From assembly GCA_000004985.1 (NCBI GenBank), contig GG738871.1: a DNA stretch of 64,000 nt; one strand, 5' to 3'. The DNA is from Naegleria gruberi (taxonomy: Eukaryota). This document shows positions 34,390-45,070 of this stretch, piece after piece (position 1 is the first letter of the stretch; each line of letters opens with the position of its first letter). A program made the translations under genes and the position numbers. Below the pieces are notes generated by a model that had not been told where the DNA came from, did no database searches, and saw nothing but the letters and a program-made list of their open reading frames with translations.

Positions 34390-35703
34390 ATGCCAATAGT
34401 AAACATTCCAAAAAGCAAGTCTGACCAGCATTACAGATACAAAAGAGAAACTCTAGAATTGAAGATTGAAGGTAAAGGAAACGGTATCAAAACCGTCATT
34501 ACCAACATGAAGTCTGTTTCTGAAAGTCTTAACGTTCCAATAGAATGTATGTTTTTTTATGAATATTTTCCGTGATTAATCATATCCAAAATTTATTCGT
34601 GGATTGACGCTATATTTTTCCTTCTTCTTTTCGCAATTTGTTTATGTATAACTATTTTACATTATTTGGACCAACAACAAAATATTCATCATTTACTACA
34701 ACAACAATATTCTTTAACAACAACAACAATAGACCCAATTAAATACTTCGGTCTTGAATTGGCCGCTCTTAGTAAAGTCGACTATAAGAACGACAAGGCC
34801 GTCATCAATGGTAAATATGATCTTAATCAAGTTGAAGATGCTCTTGAAAAGTTTATTCAAAACTTCTTGTTGTGCTCCAAGTGCCATCTCCCTGAATTGG
34901 ATTTTGCTATTAAGAGCAACAAGGATCCTGTAGCTACAACTTGCAGAGCTTGTGGTAATGCTGGACAAATTGACTCTACTGAAAAGCTCTATACTACTAT
35001 TATTAAACATCCACCTAAATCAAAGGGTTTCAAGGATCCAAAGGCTCCTGCTGAACCTGTTAAAACATCCAAATCAAGTAAATCTCAAGCCGGAGCTGTT
35101 ACTGAAAAGGCTGCTATTGATGATGGTACTTGGTCATTGGATATTTCTCAAGAAGCTATCAAGAAGAGACGTGAAATGGAAGGTCTCTCTGAAAGATTTA
35201 GAGAATTGACTAAAGGAATGGAAGATGAGGATGAAGAAGAGGAAGAACAAGAAGTTTCACCTGTATCTATTTTAAAGCAATTCATGGAAGTTAAACCAAA
35301 AGCTACCAATACTCAAATCTATCAAGCAACAAGAAAATTGAAGGCTGATTACACATTGTCTGATAAGGATTGTGTTTGTTTGCTTTATGAAACTTTCTTC
35401 ACACCAGAAAATATTTTGACTGATATTACAAAGAGAGCTCCATTGTTCAAGGCTTTCATTTCTTCAAGTGGTCAAAAGCTCATTTTGGGTTACACTGAAG
35501 AACTTGTTGGTATGAAGAATCCAGCCCTTATTCCACAAACTTCTGTTATTTTACTCGAATTCTACAAGAATAGTTTGCTGTCAAAGGAAACCATGGAAGA
35601 ATGGTTGTCAAAGAAGAAGTCACGATTCGTTAAGGATTCTGCAATTGTTGCCAAGATTAAGGAAGCAGCTAAACCATTCGGTGATTGGATGGCTTCAAAC
35701 TAA
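34390..35703 (+). CDS. EIF5: Eukaryotic translation initiation factor 5 (eIF5); exons 34390..34546, 34733..35703
   Basis: N-terminal [40 protein letters not shown]. After the GTATGT...AATAG intron (34547..34732): ...[15 protein letters not shown]. Zn-ribbon C..C.LPE...C.ACG. C-terminal W2-type region with acidic boxes. Confidence 0.8.
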
Positions 35704-35810
35704 ACAATAAATACTTTTAACTATTTAATTTGTACTTTATCATCCCATGACCCTGTCATCAGTCATACCATCACTGAAAAAAAATGGTCATTCTTTACAC
35801 TTGCGTTATT

Positions 35811-36709
35811 ATGGATAGAAAGATCATGGCAGAATATCCAACCGGAAAGAAGGTAGGATCTCTTTTACTCATCACAACTTATTAATTTTAATTAAAGGAT
35901 ATGATGCAATTGATCAACAATTTATTAGAATACATTCCTAATCGTGAACACAAAAAATCGTTGAATTACGAAAGGTAAGATTCTAATGTATGATGGACTA
36001 AATTATTAAACGATTGTGATGATTTATTGTGACTGATAAATAGTAAAAATCTACGTATTCACTATGAATGTATGGATGAGGATGAAAAGGAACCAACACA
36101 TCGATACTTTACAATCATTTCAGTAACTGATGAAATGACACCGTACAGAGTTGTGTTTGGATTGAAGAGTGGATTTTTCAAAGATTTACAAAAGGAAGTT
36201 CGTTCAAAATACACTAAAGGAGCAAGAAATCAAAAGAACTCTCAATTGAGATCTTTTATTCAACAGAAAATGACTGAATGGAATGATCCAAACGTATGTT
36301 TGAAATTATTGTAATTATTTAATTAATTGGAATATTAGAAAGATAAATTGACTCATTTGGGATATGAAATCTCAAAGAATAAGAGCAAGATGATTGAAAA
36401 TATTGACAAAATTTTACAAAATCACGAAAGAATGGATTCTTTAATGGACAGAACAGCTCTTGTAAGTTAAAATTATTACAATAGATGTTATTTACAACTG
36501 ATATCAAGTTGGTCGACAATTCAGACCACTTCCAAAAGCAAGCTAAAAAATTGAAATCTGTCGTTTGTTGGAATAATTGTAAATTGCTCATTATTCTAAT
36601 TGGTGTTCTTGCAGTTATTGCATTCATTGGTATTTGGTTAGGTTGTGGTTTCCCAGATTTCAAACGTTGTGCAGTTGGTGATACCAACACTGATAGTACT
36701 GTTATTTAA
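35811..36709 (+). CDS. Longin-domain R-SNARE (VAMP7/Sec22 family); exons 35811..35852, 35898..35974, 36044..36293, 36339..36461, 36485..36709
   Basis: Longin-like N-terminus. R-SNARE heptads with central Arg (IENIDKILQNHERMDSLMDRTAL...). C-terminal TM LLIILIGVLAVIAFIGIWLG. Four GT-AG introns of 23–69 nt, all frame-consistent. Confidence 0.7.
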
Positions 36710-36781
36710 ATATATTATCATCATTCCTAAAATGTTGTGTATAATAGCAATCACTTCTTAATGTGATTCATATTAAAAATT

Positions 36782-37378
36782 TCACTTTCTAACTTGAGCT
36801 GGTGCATTAATTCTGTGTTTAATTCTCAATTTGGGTATTTCATAAGGTATTGCATTCGAATCAGTCGATGATTTTTCTCTCTTTGAAATTTCACGTTGTC
36901 TCCTTCTCCAATATTCAATTCCAAGTGGTAAACTAAATTGTAATGTTTCATCTTCTTCAGAAGGAGGATTAAATATATTTGCATTCTCTATCGAATCATA
37001 TTGTGAAAAATTAGGATTATCATGTTTGAGAGCTTGTTTAATTTGATACCAATTATAAGTATCTCTATTCTTTTTAACATTGAAAAATTCAATAAATATT
37101 TTGAAAAATCATCCACATACAGATAATTCAAATTCTTCATATTTCCACGACATGTTTTCCAATTTTTCATCTTTTTGTTTCTTTGAATCTCCATTATTCA
37201 TCAAGGTCCTAATATCGTGATATTTATCGGAGAGGTAATCATTTTCAGCTAACTGAATTTTTGTGTAGATTTGAGTAGAGAGTTTTTGAATGGCCTTCTC
37301 CGTTGAATTACGATAATCTAGTGAAGGAAACGCCATTTCCGAGTAGCTTGTCGCTGATGCTTGATTATCTTTTTGCAT
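36782..37378 (-). CDS. Hypothetical two-exon gene (~182 aa); exons 37121..37378 and 36782..37069
   Basis: Exon 1 is ORF 37109..37378 (MQKDNQASATSY...EEFELS). Donor GTATGT; intron 37070..37120 ends AAAAAG. Exon 2 is open for 95 codons (NRDTYNWYQIKQALKHDNP...IEYWRRRQREISKREK...). It is absent from the ORF track only because it lacks an in-frame start codon. Confidence 0.35.
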
Positions 37379-37438
37379 TTTTTTTAATATTTAAAAACAT
37401 TTTTGTAAACAATTTTATTTCAAAAATATGAAAACAAT

Positions 37439-38947
37439 TTAAAATCTTTGAACTTCTAAGCCCTTAGTCTTGGATTCGTTCAAAATGAGTGGAGTAACAA
37501 AACATTCAGTTTCGTATTTGAAATTTTTCCAACTAGTTTCGACTTGATTCTTAACTGTTTGAATTGATTCTTCATTTGGAGCAAAGAGAATTGAAAAAAC
37601 TGCATCGTAACCTCCAGCACCTGGAACACCAGCAATTAAACAACCATTAGTTGCCATTGTTTCGTCCAAAAGTTTAGTTTGTTGATTAGGTTCAATTGGA
37701 ACATTTTCAGCTTGCTCTCCCATATATTTGAGCTTTTTACGAATTTCAATAAATGAATTTCTAATGGTTAACATGGCATCCTTGACTTTAGATGATACAG
37801 ATTCAACCTCTTCCCATTCACTTGCTGGTAATTGATACAATTTTTGTAAAGTATTTTCGTAATCTGATGGGAATTCCTTAGCTTGTTTGGAAATAATTTT
37901 GAATTGTTCCTCAACAGTATTATTCAAATCTCTAATAGAATTCCACAATTCAGTTGATTCAGTTGGATTTTGTTCCTTCCATTTGAGAACACATCTGACC
38001 ATACTTGGAGTATTGGATCCTTGGGCAACATCAGCAACAAACAAGTGGAAGTTAGGTGGTAATTCGAATGTCGAATTTTCATTGTCCCACACAAATTCCT
38101 TCTTTGGATCAACGACATTGATAATTTCAGTAATTGCTTGTTTGGAATATTTTGGATCAGATGGGTCAACCAATTTCATAATAGATTCCAAAATACTAGT
38201 TCCAAATCTCTTGTATCTTTGTGAGCCATAGGTAGCAGCTGAAACATCAAAACCACTTCCAATTTTACCTTGAGCGAGACAGTGACAGAATTGAGCAACT
38301 CTGTGAATCATTTCTCTACCATTTTCATCATTTATATCCAAACCAGTAAAGTGAAGAATAATAGCAGATGTCAATGAAGTAACCATAGATGCGCTACTTC
38401 CCAAACCAGTTTTTTGAATTGGTTTGTTTGAATCTGGATGAACGTAAAACTTTTCTAAATTTTCTAAATTTTCCAAAGTAACTTCCTTTCCCAAATCAAT
38501 CAACTATTTAATTATCATTCAAATATTATTGAATCACACATAAATACTAACATTTTGTCTTTGAGAATAAAAATCATTATCAGCTTGCAAAGTAATTGAA
38601 ATCTTTCTATTTTGAATCTTGGAGCCATTCAAATATTCAGAAATAGCCAAAGCATAAAGAATTGCATTTTCAATATATGGATTCTTGTTCATATTAACCA
38701 ATTTCAATTCACCTCCATTTTCACTTGATTCATAAACATATTGTCCACTCAAATAGAATTGTGGTGAATGTAAATCAATAACTAAACCACCACATGAAGT
38801 ATTTTCCACATTTTTAACATCTTTAATAGTTGTGTAAAATCTTGATGAAGTTGAAAGAACAAGTCCAGAATAATCAGGATCCAAAACTAAATATCCACCA
38901 GTGATGAGAACTTTTCCTGGAGCTGAAACAATTGTAGTTCTATTCAT
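37439..38947 (-). CDS. ERG8: Phosphomevalonate kinase, ERG8/GHMP-kinase type; exons 38552..38947 and 37439..38503 (possible extra 5' exon at 38992..39189)
   Basis: N-terminal SAPGKVLITGGYLVLD (ERG8 signature). GHMP motif GLGSSASMVTS. C-terminal IAGVPGAGGYDAVFSILFAP. Intron 38504..38551 (GTTAGT...AAATAG) joins in frame. Confidence 0.75.
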
Positions 38948-39264
38948 TCCGATAATAACAATTATTGCACATAATAATAAATTTGTAAATTTTACCTTTC
39001 CAATGTAGTAGTAGTAGTGGTGATGTTGCTTTTACAACAGGTAGTTGTTGTTGATTCGGGTTGTTTTTGATATTTGGCAAGTAAGTGTCCTAACAGGGTA
39101 CTGGTAAGCATAAAACCAGTGGTCAAGAGTGGTGATGGTTCTTGTGATGATGACATTTTTTTGTTGTGTGAAAATTGGTTGGGTTTCACAAATTGGGAAA
39201 TTGTAATAATTATTGTTGTGATTGAATATAATATATGTACAATTTATGCTTCTATTGAGCCTAA

Positions 39265-40371
39265 TTATTTCATTTCATAAATACTCTTTGTAATGCCAAG
39301 AGTGAGTTTTTGAATGACAAATTGGAGAGAATCTGGATTGTGACGGAATAATCCAAAGGCATGATGGAGAGAATAAAAGAGGAAGAGTAATAATTCAATC
39401 TCATCAATATGTTTGGCAAGTTCATCAAAGTAACGATCGGCTATGGTTTTGAAATTAATGTCACTCATTGTTTCTGTAAAGTAGAGAATGGCTAGGAAAA
39501 CTTTTCCTCCTGTGAATCGAGGTTGCAAATTCTCAAAGATGTCTACCTCACCTTGTTGATTATTCAGAGATCTTTCGAAAGATTGCATTGGTGTGAAAAT
39601 ATCATGAGCTATTTGACGTTCTCTTATTCTCTTTTTCGAGTCGCTGCTGTCAACTGAGTATTGCAAGTATGGATTACGGTATGAACAATGGTAAGTTGAA
39701 AATGGCTTAATCTTGAATAATTCCAAAAAAGATTCTAGTCTAAAGAATAATTTTGCATTCTTGATTCTTTCGTCTCTTAATAGAAAATTCCAAAGTAAAA
39801 AAGTTGATTTTTCACTCAAGGCATCCTTGAATATTTCATCTATTATGTCAAATATTAAAGTCCATGTTTCAATATTGAAATGACTTTTTCCAATGTCATT
39901 AGGAAGTTCATAGAAAGTATCTTTAGTGCTTGGATTTTCCTTGAGTGTTTTGTATAATTTAGAAACGGTTGAAAACTCCTTAACCAAAGTAGGTGCTACA
40001 AATTTAAAAACACCTTTCTTTCCTATAGTAAATAATTTAATATCAATTTCTGCGGAATTTACACAAGATTTCATAATACCTCTATTAATAATTGGTACTA
40101 TTAAATTATACAATTCGAGATTTTCTCTTAAATCTTCAATATTTAATTGTTGCAAAGTTTGTTCATTAATTATAAAATTATGACGATGATAGGGATTCAC
40201 CCGACGACCATCCGATTCAACAGGACTATAAAACCTCTTTTCAATTTCTTCTTTAAATACCTCTCGGATGAAATCATCATAAATTAATTTCAAACACATT
40301 AAACTTCCATCATCCACATCCGTTAAACTAAAATCTTCAGAGAGTAAATCAAAATCCATTCCTACGCGCAT
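39265..40371 (-). CDS. Hypothetical 368-aa protein
   Basis: Single uninterrupted ORF with no recognisable motifs. Lies 100 bp downstream of the CHFR-like gene on the same strand. Confidence 0.35.
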   Translation of the reverse strand: MRVGMDFDLLSEDFSLTDVDDGSLMCLKLIYDDFIREVFKEEIEKRFYSPVESDGRRVNPYHRHNFIINEQTLQQLNIEDLRENLELYNLIVPIINRGIMKSCVNSAEIDIKLFTIGKKGVFKFVAPTLVKEFSTVSKLYKTLKENPSTKDTFYELPNDIGKSHFNIETWTLIFDIIDEIFKDALSEKSTFLLWNFLLRDERIKNAKLFFRLESFLELFKIKPFSTYHCSYRNPYLQYSVDSSDSKKRIRERQIAHDIFTPMQSFERSLNNQQGEVDIFENLQPRFTGGKVFLAILYFTETMSDINFKTIADRYFDELAKHIDEIELLLFLFYSLHHAFGLFRHNPDSLQFVIQKLTLGITKSIYEMK

Positions 40372-40471
40372 TTTTTTTAATATTGTTTTTTGATGTTTGA
40401 TAGAAGTTGAATAATTATTTGATCACCATTCAAATGAGAAATAAATTGGTTACAACAATGTTAATAAATAT

Positions 40472-42451
40472 TTAATGTCTATTATTGGATGTATTTTCTG
40501 AAATATGGTTAAACCTGCTGGCGTGTCCTCGATTGTGAATTTGTGTTCTACAATCGCGACCATACCAACAAGTTGGTCTGGATGTTACAGTGGCAGGTAA
40601 GTCAGCAGAATCAATTTCAGCTCTATAACAGTAAATGAGTTCGTTAAAGTACTTGTAGGCACATGATTGACAGAATCGTGAATCAGTTGTAAAGTTTGGA
40701 TAGGAAGGGTGAGTGTAGGTGCCAGATTCAACCTTAGTCATGCATGTATTGTAAACATCCTGAACTGTAATATTCTTTGTTCTAATATAATCAATTAAGA
40801 TATCTCGTTCAACTTGATTATTGTTCAAACAAGTGGAAGGCAAAGAAATTATAGAAGTGTGTTCTTTGAGTTTGTGAATTCCTGAAATGTAGCATGGACT
40901 TTGAGTATTGGTAACTTGTTTGTATAAATTACAATAAATCATTCCACATAATTCACAGTTTTGTCTTCTATCAGGGGAAAGAGAAGTGTCATGGTGTCTG
41001 AAAGCTAATCTACAATTACATGTTGAACAAGAGTTATGGAGGGCATGAGCAGCACATTGATAGTTATCGATAGGATTTGGATTTGTACATTCATCACAAA
41101 CACGAACTGGCGTATCATCATCACTGTCACTTTCATCAGATGATGTCTCATCACGTCTGTTTCTTCTACGACGATGATAATCATCGTCACTATCGCTGTC
41201 ACTATCGTCATTATTATTATTATTTCTCTTATAGAGAACAAGATCAGTCTTATTAATGTAAGCATCCTTCTTGTCCATTTCCTCTTTTTCTTCCTTTTCA
41301 CGATCTTGCTTTGGATGTGTTTTCAAGTAAGTCTCTGTCAAGTTGTTCAATGTTGGATTTTTTCTAACTTCTTGGATGGTAGCTCTGCAAGTTGGACAAT
41401 TCATATTTTGACCAAAATATGAATTATTATTGCTTGGATTTAACCAAGAAGAAAGACATGAAGAGCAAAAGTTATGCAAGCATGGAATAACAGACACTGG
41501 TCTATAGAAGATACCAGAACAAATTGGGCAGGTCAATTCATTAGCCATTGCATCATCCTCTTGACTTTCTTCCATATCTGAATCAGTGGCACCAAGTAAG
41601 GCCAATAGCTTTTTGTCTTGTTCAGAGAGTGATTTCTTTTGTTTTTTTCCACTGCCATTTTCTGGTGTTTCACTTTCTGCTTTTCTCTTCTTCTCATTTT
41701 CGTCATCTGATTCTTTTTCAGAGCTAGCAGAGGCTGTGGCACTACTCGATGGATTTACGTCATCTTTGGATGGTGTCTTAAAAGGTGAGTTTCGTTTTGG
41801 TGTAGAAGTAGTATCAGAGCTTGGGGATGAAGCTCCAATGTTACTGGAACTGGCAGTAGCTGATGATGCATTTTCAACTGTTGCTGGTTCCACAGCAAGG
41901 TCTACTATTTCTTGAGTACGTTGCTCCTCTTGATCTGCCAATTCTTGTGTTTGTTGATTAGGAGGAGGTGTACTATTACAAAGTGCCAATGTGTAGATTG
42001 GTAATTCTGAGCTTAGTTTGTGAGAAATAGAGGGAACAACCAATCCTATCGTATCTCCCTCTGAAAGAATTACACTATTATTGGTACCAAGTTTCTTTCC
42101 ATTCACAAAACATCCATTTCTTCCAAGATCAGTGAATTGAATAGAATATTTAGTAGGATCGGAAGATGCCTTTCCTTCATCACAGATAATATTCACTCGT
42201 CCATGCACTGTTGATATTCTTCCATCAGAAAAAATACATTCGGGTCTAAACTCTGGCTTTCTTCCCAATTCAATTACCTTCTCATCACTATAAATTATTA
42301 TTGCATTAAAATTTGATGGTGAAATAGCAGGAATTAATTTTGCAATCTCTACTCTTTTCACCTCTGATTCTGCTATTACCTCGGATGATGGTGCATCATC
42401 TTCGTTATTATCGACAATAATTTCATCCAATGTTGCGTCGAGTGTGGCCAT
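40472..42451 (-). CDS. CHFR: CHFR-like E3 ubiquitin ligase (FHA + RING + C-terminal Cys-rich region)
   Basis: FHA domain (IELGRKPEF...GRNGCFVNGKKL...SEGDTIGLV). RING CPICSGIFYRPVSVIPCLHNFCSSCLSSW...NCPTCR. C-terminal Cys-rich CDECTNP..C..C..C.C, as in CHFR. Confidence 0.7.
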   Translation of the reverse strand: MATLDATLDEIIVDNNEDDAPSSEVIAESEVKRVEIAKLIPAISPSNFNAIIIYSDEKVIELGRKPEFRPECIFSDGRISTVHGRVNIICDEGKASSDPTKYSIQFTDLGRNGCFVNGKKLGTNNSVILSEGDTIGLVVPSISHKLSSELPIYTLALCNSTPPPNQQTQELADQEEQRTQEIVDLAVEPATVENASSATASSSNIGASSPSSDTTSTPKRNSPFKTPSKDDVNPSSSATASASSEKESDDENEKKRKAESETPENGSGKKQKKSLSEQDKKLLALLGATDSDMEESQEDDAMANELTCPICSGIFYRPVSVIPCLHNFCSSCLSSWLNPSNNNSYFGQNMNCPTCRATIQEVRKNPTLNNLTETYLKTHPKQDREKEEKEEMDKKDAYINKTDLVLYKRNNNNNDDSDSDSDDDYHRRRRNRRDETSSDESDSDDDTPVRVCDECTNPNPIDNYQCAAHALHNSCSTCNCRLAFRHHDTSLSPDRRQNCELCGMIYCNLYKQVTNTQSPCYISGIHKLKEHTSIISLPSTCLNNNQVERDILIDYIRTKNITVQDVYNTCMTKVESGTYTHPSYPNFTTDSRFCQSCAYKYFNELIYCYRAEIDSADLPATVTSRPTCWYGRDCRTQIHNRGHASRFNHISENTSNNRH

Positions 42452-42679
42452 TTTTTTTCTCTGACTTTCTGGAGTTTTTTAGTGAAGGTAAAAAGAAGTT
42501 TTGCGATTGATACTAGTAATTGGCATCATCTGGAAGTTGTAAAACAGTTTGATCATAATTTGCTAATTCAATTTTCTGTTCCTCTATTGGAGGCTTAACA
42601 CAGAACAGAGTACAATCGTATGAGATTTTACAACGATTTTTCCAAATTCAATGAAATTAATAAATGAAACAAGCTAGTC

Positions 42680-43264
42680 GTGGTGAAGTTCTTTTCAATT
42701 TTCTCAACTTTTTCAAGTATTACAAAAAAAATGTCGTCATTCTCCCTTTTTATAATTTTTCTCATTTTCCCGTGTTGCTGCATGATCTGCTCAGTTCACG
42801 CACAGCAATGCACTGTTATTGAAAAGACGTTGCCAACTTCAGCTTTTTGTTATGGATTTTCTAATTATTGGGTAACAGGCTCTGCCACTCTTCAATCCAT
42901 GGATTCTAAGGCTGTACAAATTTTCTCTGTTTTGAATGCCACTCTCCAGACACAGGATGCAATCACTAGTAGAAACGGTACTTCTGTTTCCGATAGGTGT
43001 ATTGACTATATGAAGAAGTATGCATGTTACACAGCCTATCCAAGATGTATTTTAGCAACTGGATATACTGCATATGATCAGAAACCATGTCCTAATATTT
43101 GTGGAGCTGTTGACAGTTATTGTCAGTATTCATTGACTAAGGTTAATAGTTTGATATGTACTGGTAATACCAATGACAGATCAACTTGTAATTCTTTTGC
43201 TATTTCACATAGATTGAGCTTGTTTATTGTAATCATTCTTTTTATTTCTGCTATTTTAACTTAA
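42680..43264 (+). CDS. Secreted cysteine-rich protein with C-terminal hydrophobic (GPI-like) tail
   Basis: Signal-like N-terminus (MSSFSLFIIFLIFPCCCMICSVHA). About 10 Cys in about 130 aa. Terminal hydrophobic LSLFIVIILFISAILT. Confidence 0.4.
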   Translation: MVKFFSIFSTFSSITKKMSSFSLFIIFLIFPCCCMICSVHAQQCTVIEKTLPTSAFCYGFSNYWVTGSATLQSMDSKAVQIFSVLNATLQTQDAITSRNGTSVSDRCIDYMKKYACYTAYPRCILATGYTAYDQKPCPNICGAVDSYCQYSLTKVNSLICTGNTNDRSTCNSFAISHRLSLFIVIILFISAILT

Positions 43265-43452
43265 ATTAATTCTAATAAACTACCTGAAAAGGGTTTGCAT
43301 GAAATATTAAGATTTTGATACAAGGCTTCAATTCCTGGACTGATACATCTATCTCCGATCAATAAATTTTCAAACTAACTACGGATTTCAATTGTCGATA
43401 TTACAAAAAGTTCAGACCAAAGTAAAAAAACTCAAGTTCATAAAACAAAAAA

Positions 43453-44455
43453 ATGTCTATCCCGAAGATTCAAGAATTAAATCAAGACTTGCTACATGTA
43501 ATTTTTAGTCATCTAACGGAGGAGGATGTACACAATTTTATGATTTCCAACAAGTCTATTTATGAGTATTGTATAAGGGACGATGTTTATAAAATAATAT
43601 TTAATCAAGTGATTGATCGAGTTGAATTATTTCCTATGAAGGAAGTGTTCAATCCCGAGTCAAGAAATATGGAGGCCAATACTGAAAATACAAATCATAA
43701 ACTGAAGAATATTGAGAAAAATTATAGAAAGGAATTAGTGAAATATGGAAAAAACACCAAGTCAACCAATCGTTTTTTTACTAAGCAAGAAATTATGGAA
43801 ATGACTGTGGATACTAAAAAACTGAAAACAGCTACAGAAAATAAGGAAATCAAATTTGTAATAGTTGGAGATGGCGCTGTAGGAAAAACCACATTTTTAC
43901 GAAGGATTGCAATGCCAATGGATATTGATGCATTTATTCCAACAGTTTATGACTTTTATTCATATCAAGCAAAAAACCTATCATTTCAATTGTAGGATAG
44001 TGCAGGACAAGAAGAGTAAGTAATCATTTATTTTGAAAATGATTCAGATTTTTAGTTATGACAAATTAAGACCATTGTGTTATCCAGGAACGGAAATGTT
44101 CTTGTTGGCTTATTCAATAACTCAAAGAGAGAGCTTTTTCAATATTAAAAAGAAATTCATAAGGGAGGTGAAATATCATGTACCAAATGTGAATTGTGTA
44201 CTTGTTGCATGTAAAATTGATTTAAGAAATAATCAAGATGTAATGGACAGATTAGCAAAAAGATATGAACAACCAGTCTCATTTGAAGAAGGATTGAAAT
44301 TAGCCAAGCATTTGAAATGTTTAACTTTTTGGGAAACCTCATCTACAACTGAGGAAGGATTTGAACAAATAGGAGATTTCTTTACAAAATTATATTACCT
44401 GAAACATTCTTTGGCCTTCAAAGAAAACAAATCTAAAACTTGCTTTCTTCAATAA
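43453..44455 (+). CDS. F-box-like N-terminal domain fused to a Rho-family small GTPase (C-terminal CFLQ CaaX), interrupted by an in-frame TAG at 43993–43995; second exon 44062..44455
   Basis: F-box-like LNQDLLHVIFSHLTEEDVHNF. G1 KFVIVGDGAVGKTTF. Switch I PTVYDFYS. Then LSFQL-TAG-DSAGQEE, where Rho proteins have LWDTAGQE. Intron GTAAGT...TTTTAG (43996..44061). Then YDKLRPLCYPGTEMFLLAYS, CKIDL, ETSS, ...KTCFLQ. Confidence 0.55.
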
Positions 44456-44544
44456 AATAAATAACATGATGAACTTCTCAGCAAACAACGAATGTTTAAA
44501 TGAACAATACCATCTTGTGTGTTTTATTAAGGTCCAAAATTGTT

Positions 44545-44625
44545 CGCGGTCTACAGGACTCGAACCTGTGCGGGTCACCCCAATTGATTTCTAGTCAATC
44601 ACCTTAACCACTCGGTCAAGACCGC
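44545..44625 (-). tRNA. tRNA-Ser (anticodon AGA)
   Basis: Reverse complement folds as a class II tRNA: 7-bp acceptor GCGGTCT/AGACCGC, D-loop GAGTGGTTAAGG, anticodon stem ATTGA/TCAAT with loop CTAGAAA (anticodon AGA), long variable arm GGGGTGACCC, T-arm GGTTCGAGTCC. Confidence 0.85.
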
Positions 44626-44708
44626 TGTACATCCAATAAAATAACATAAACAAATTTCTGGCTAAATGAATAACGTATGTGGAAAACATTTCAAGTAAAC
44701 AAAAAATT

Positions 44709-44781
44709 TGCCGACACCAGGGATCGAACCAGGGACCTTAAGATCTTCAGTCTTACGCTCTCCCAACTGAGCTATGTCGGC
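44709..44781 (-). tRNA. tRNA-Phe (anticodon GAA)
   Basis: Reverse complement GCCGACATAGCTCAGTTGGGAGAGCGTAAGACTGAAGATCTTAAGGTCCCTGGTTCGATCCCTGGTGTCGGCA is canonical eukaryotic tRNA-Phe with loop CTGAAGA. 73 nt, no intron. Confidence 0.9.
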
Positions 44782-45070
44782 TTCATATTCAGAATATATT
44801 CTATCTAGTATTGTTCTTGACTATCTAATTTAAACAGGAATTATTTTGTACATTAGCAAAAGAACACTTCCGTTTTAAGTAAGTTTTTTAAAACAACATT
44901 CAAATGCACCAATTAATTTATTATTTATACTATTTCAATTTTCGATTTACCAGTTAATTGTCTTTCATTAAGTGTTTCTAAAATGTGTTAAGATCTCTCT
45001 GTCACTTCTCAATCATAAAAAAAATAACACCAATCATCACCAATTTTAATCCTCATCATACGAATCCTTC

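Noticed and set aside
36319-36690. 123-aa minus-strand ORF overlapping the R-SNARE gene
   Set aside because: It is antisense to well-supported SNARE exons and introns, has no motifs, and spans the AT-rich introns of the plus-strand gene.
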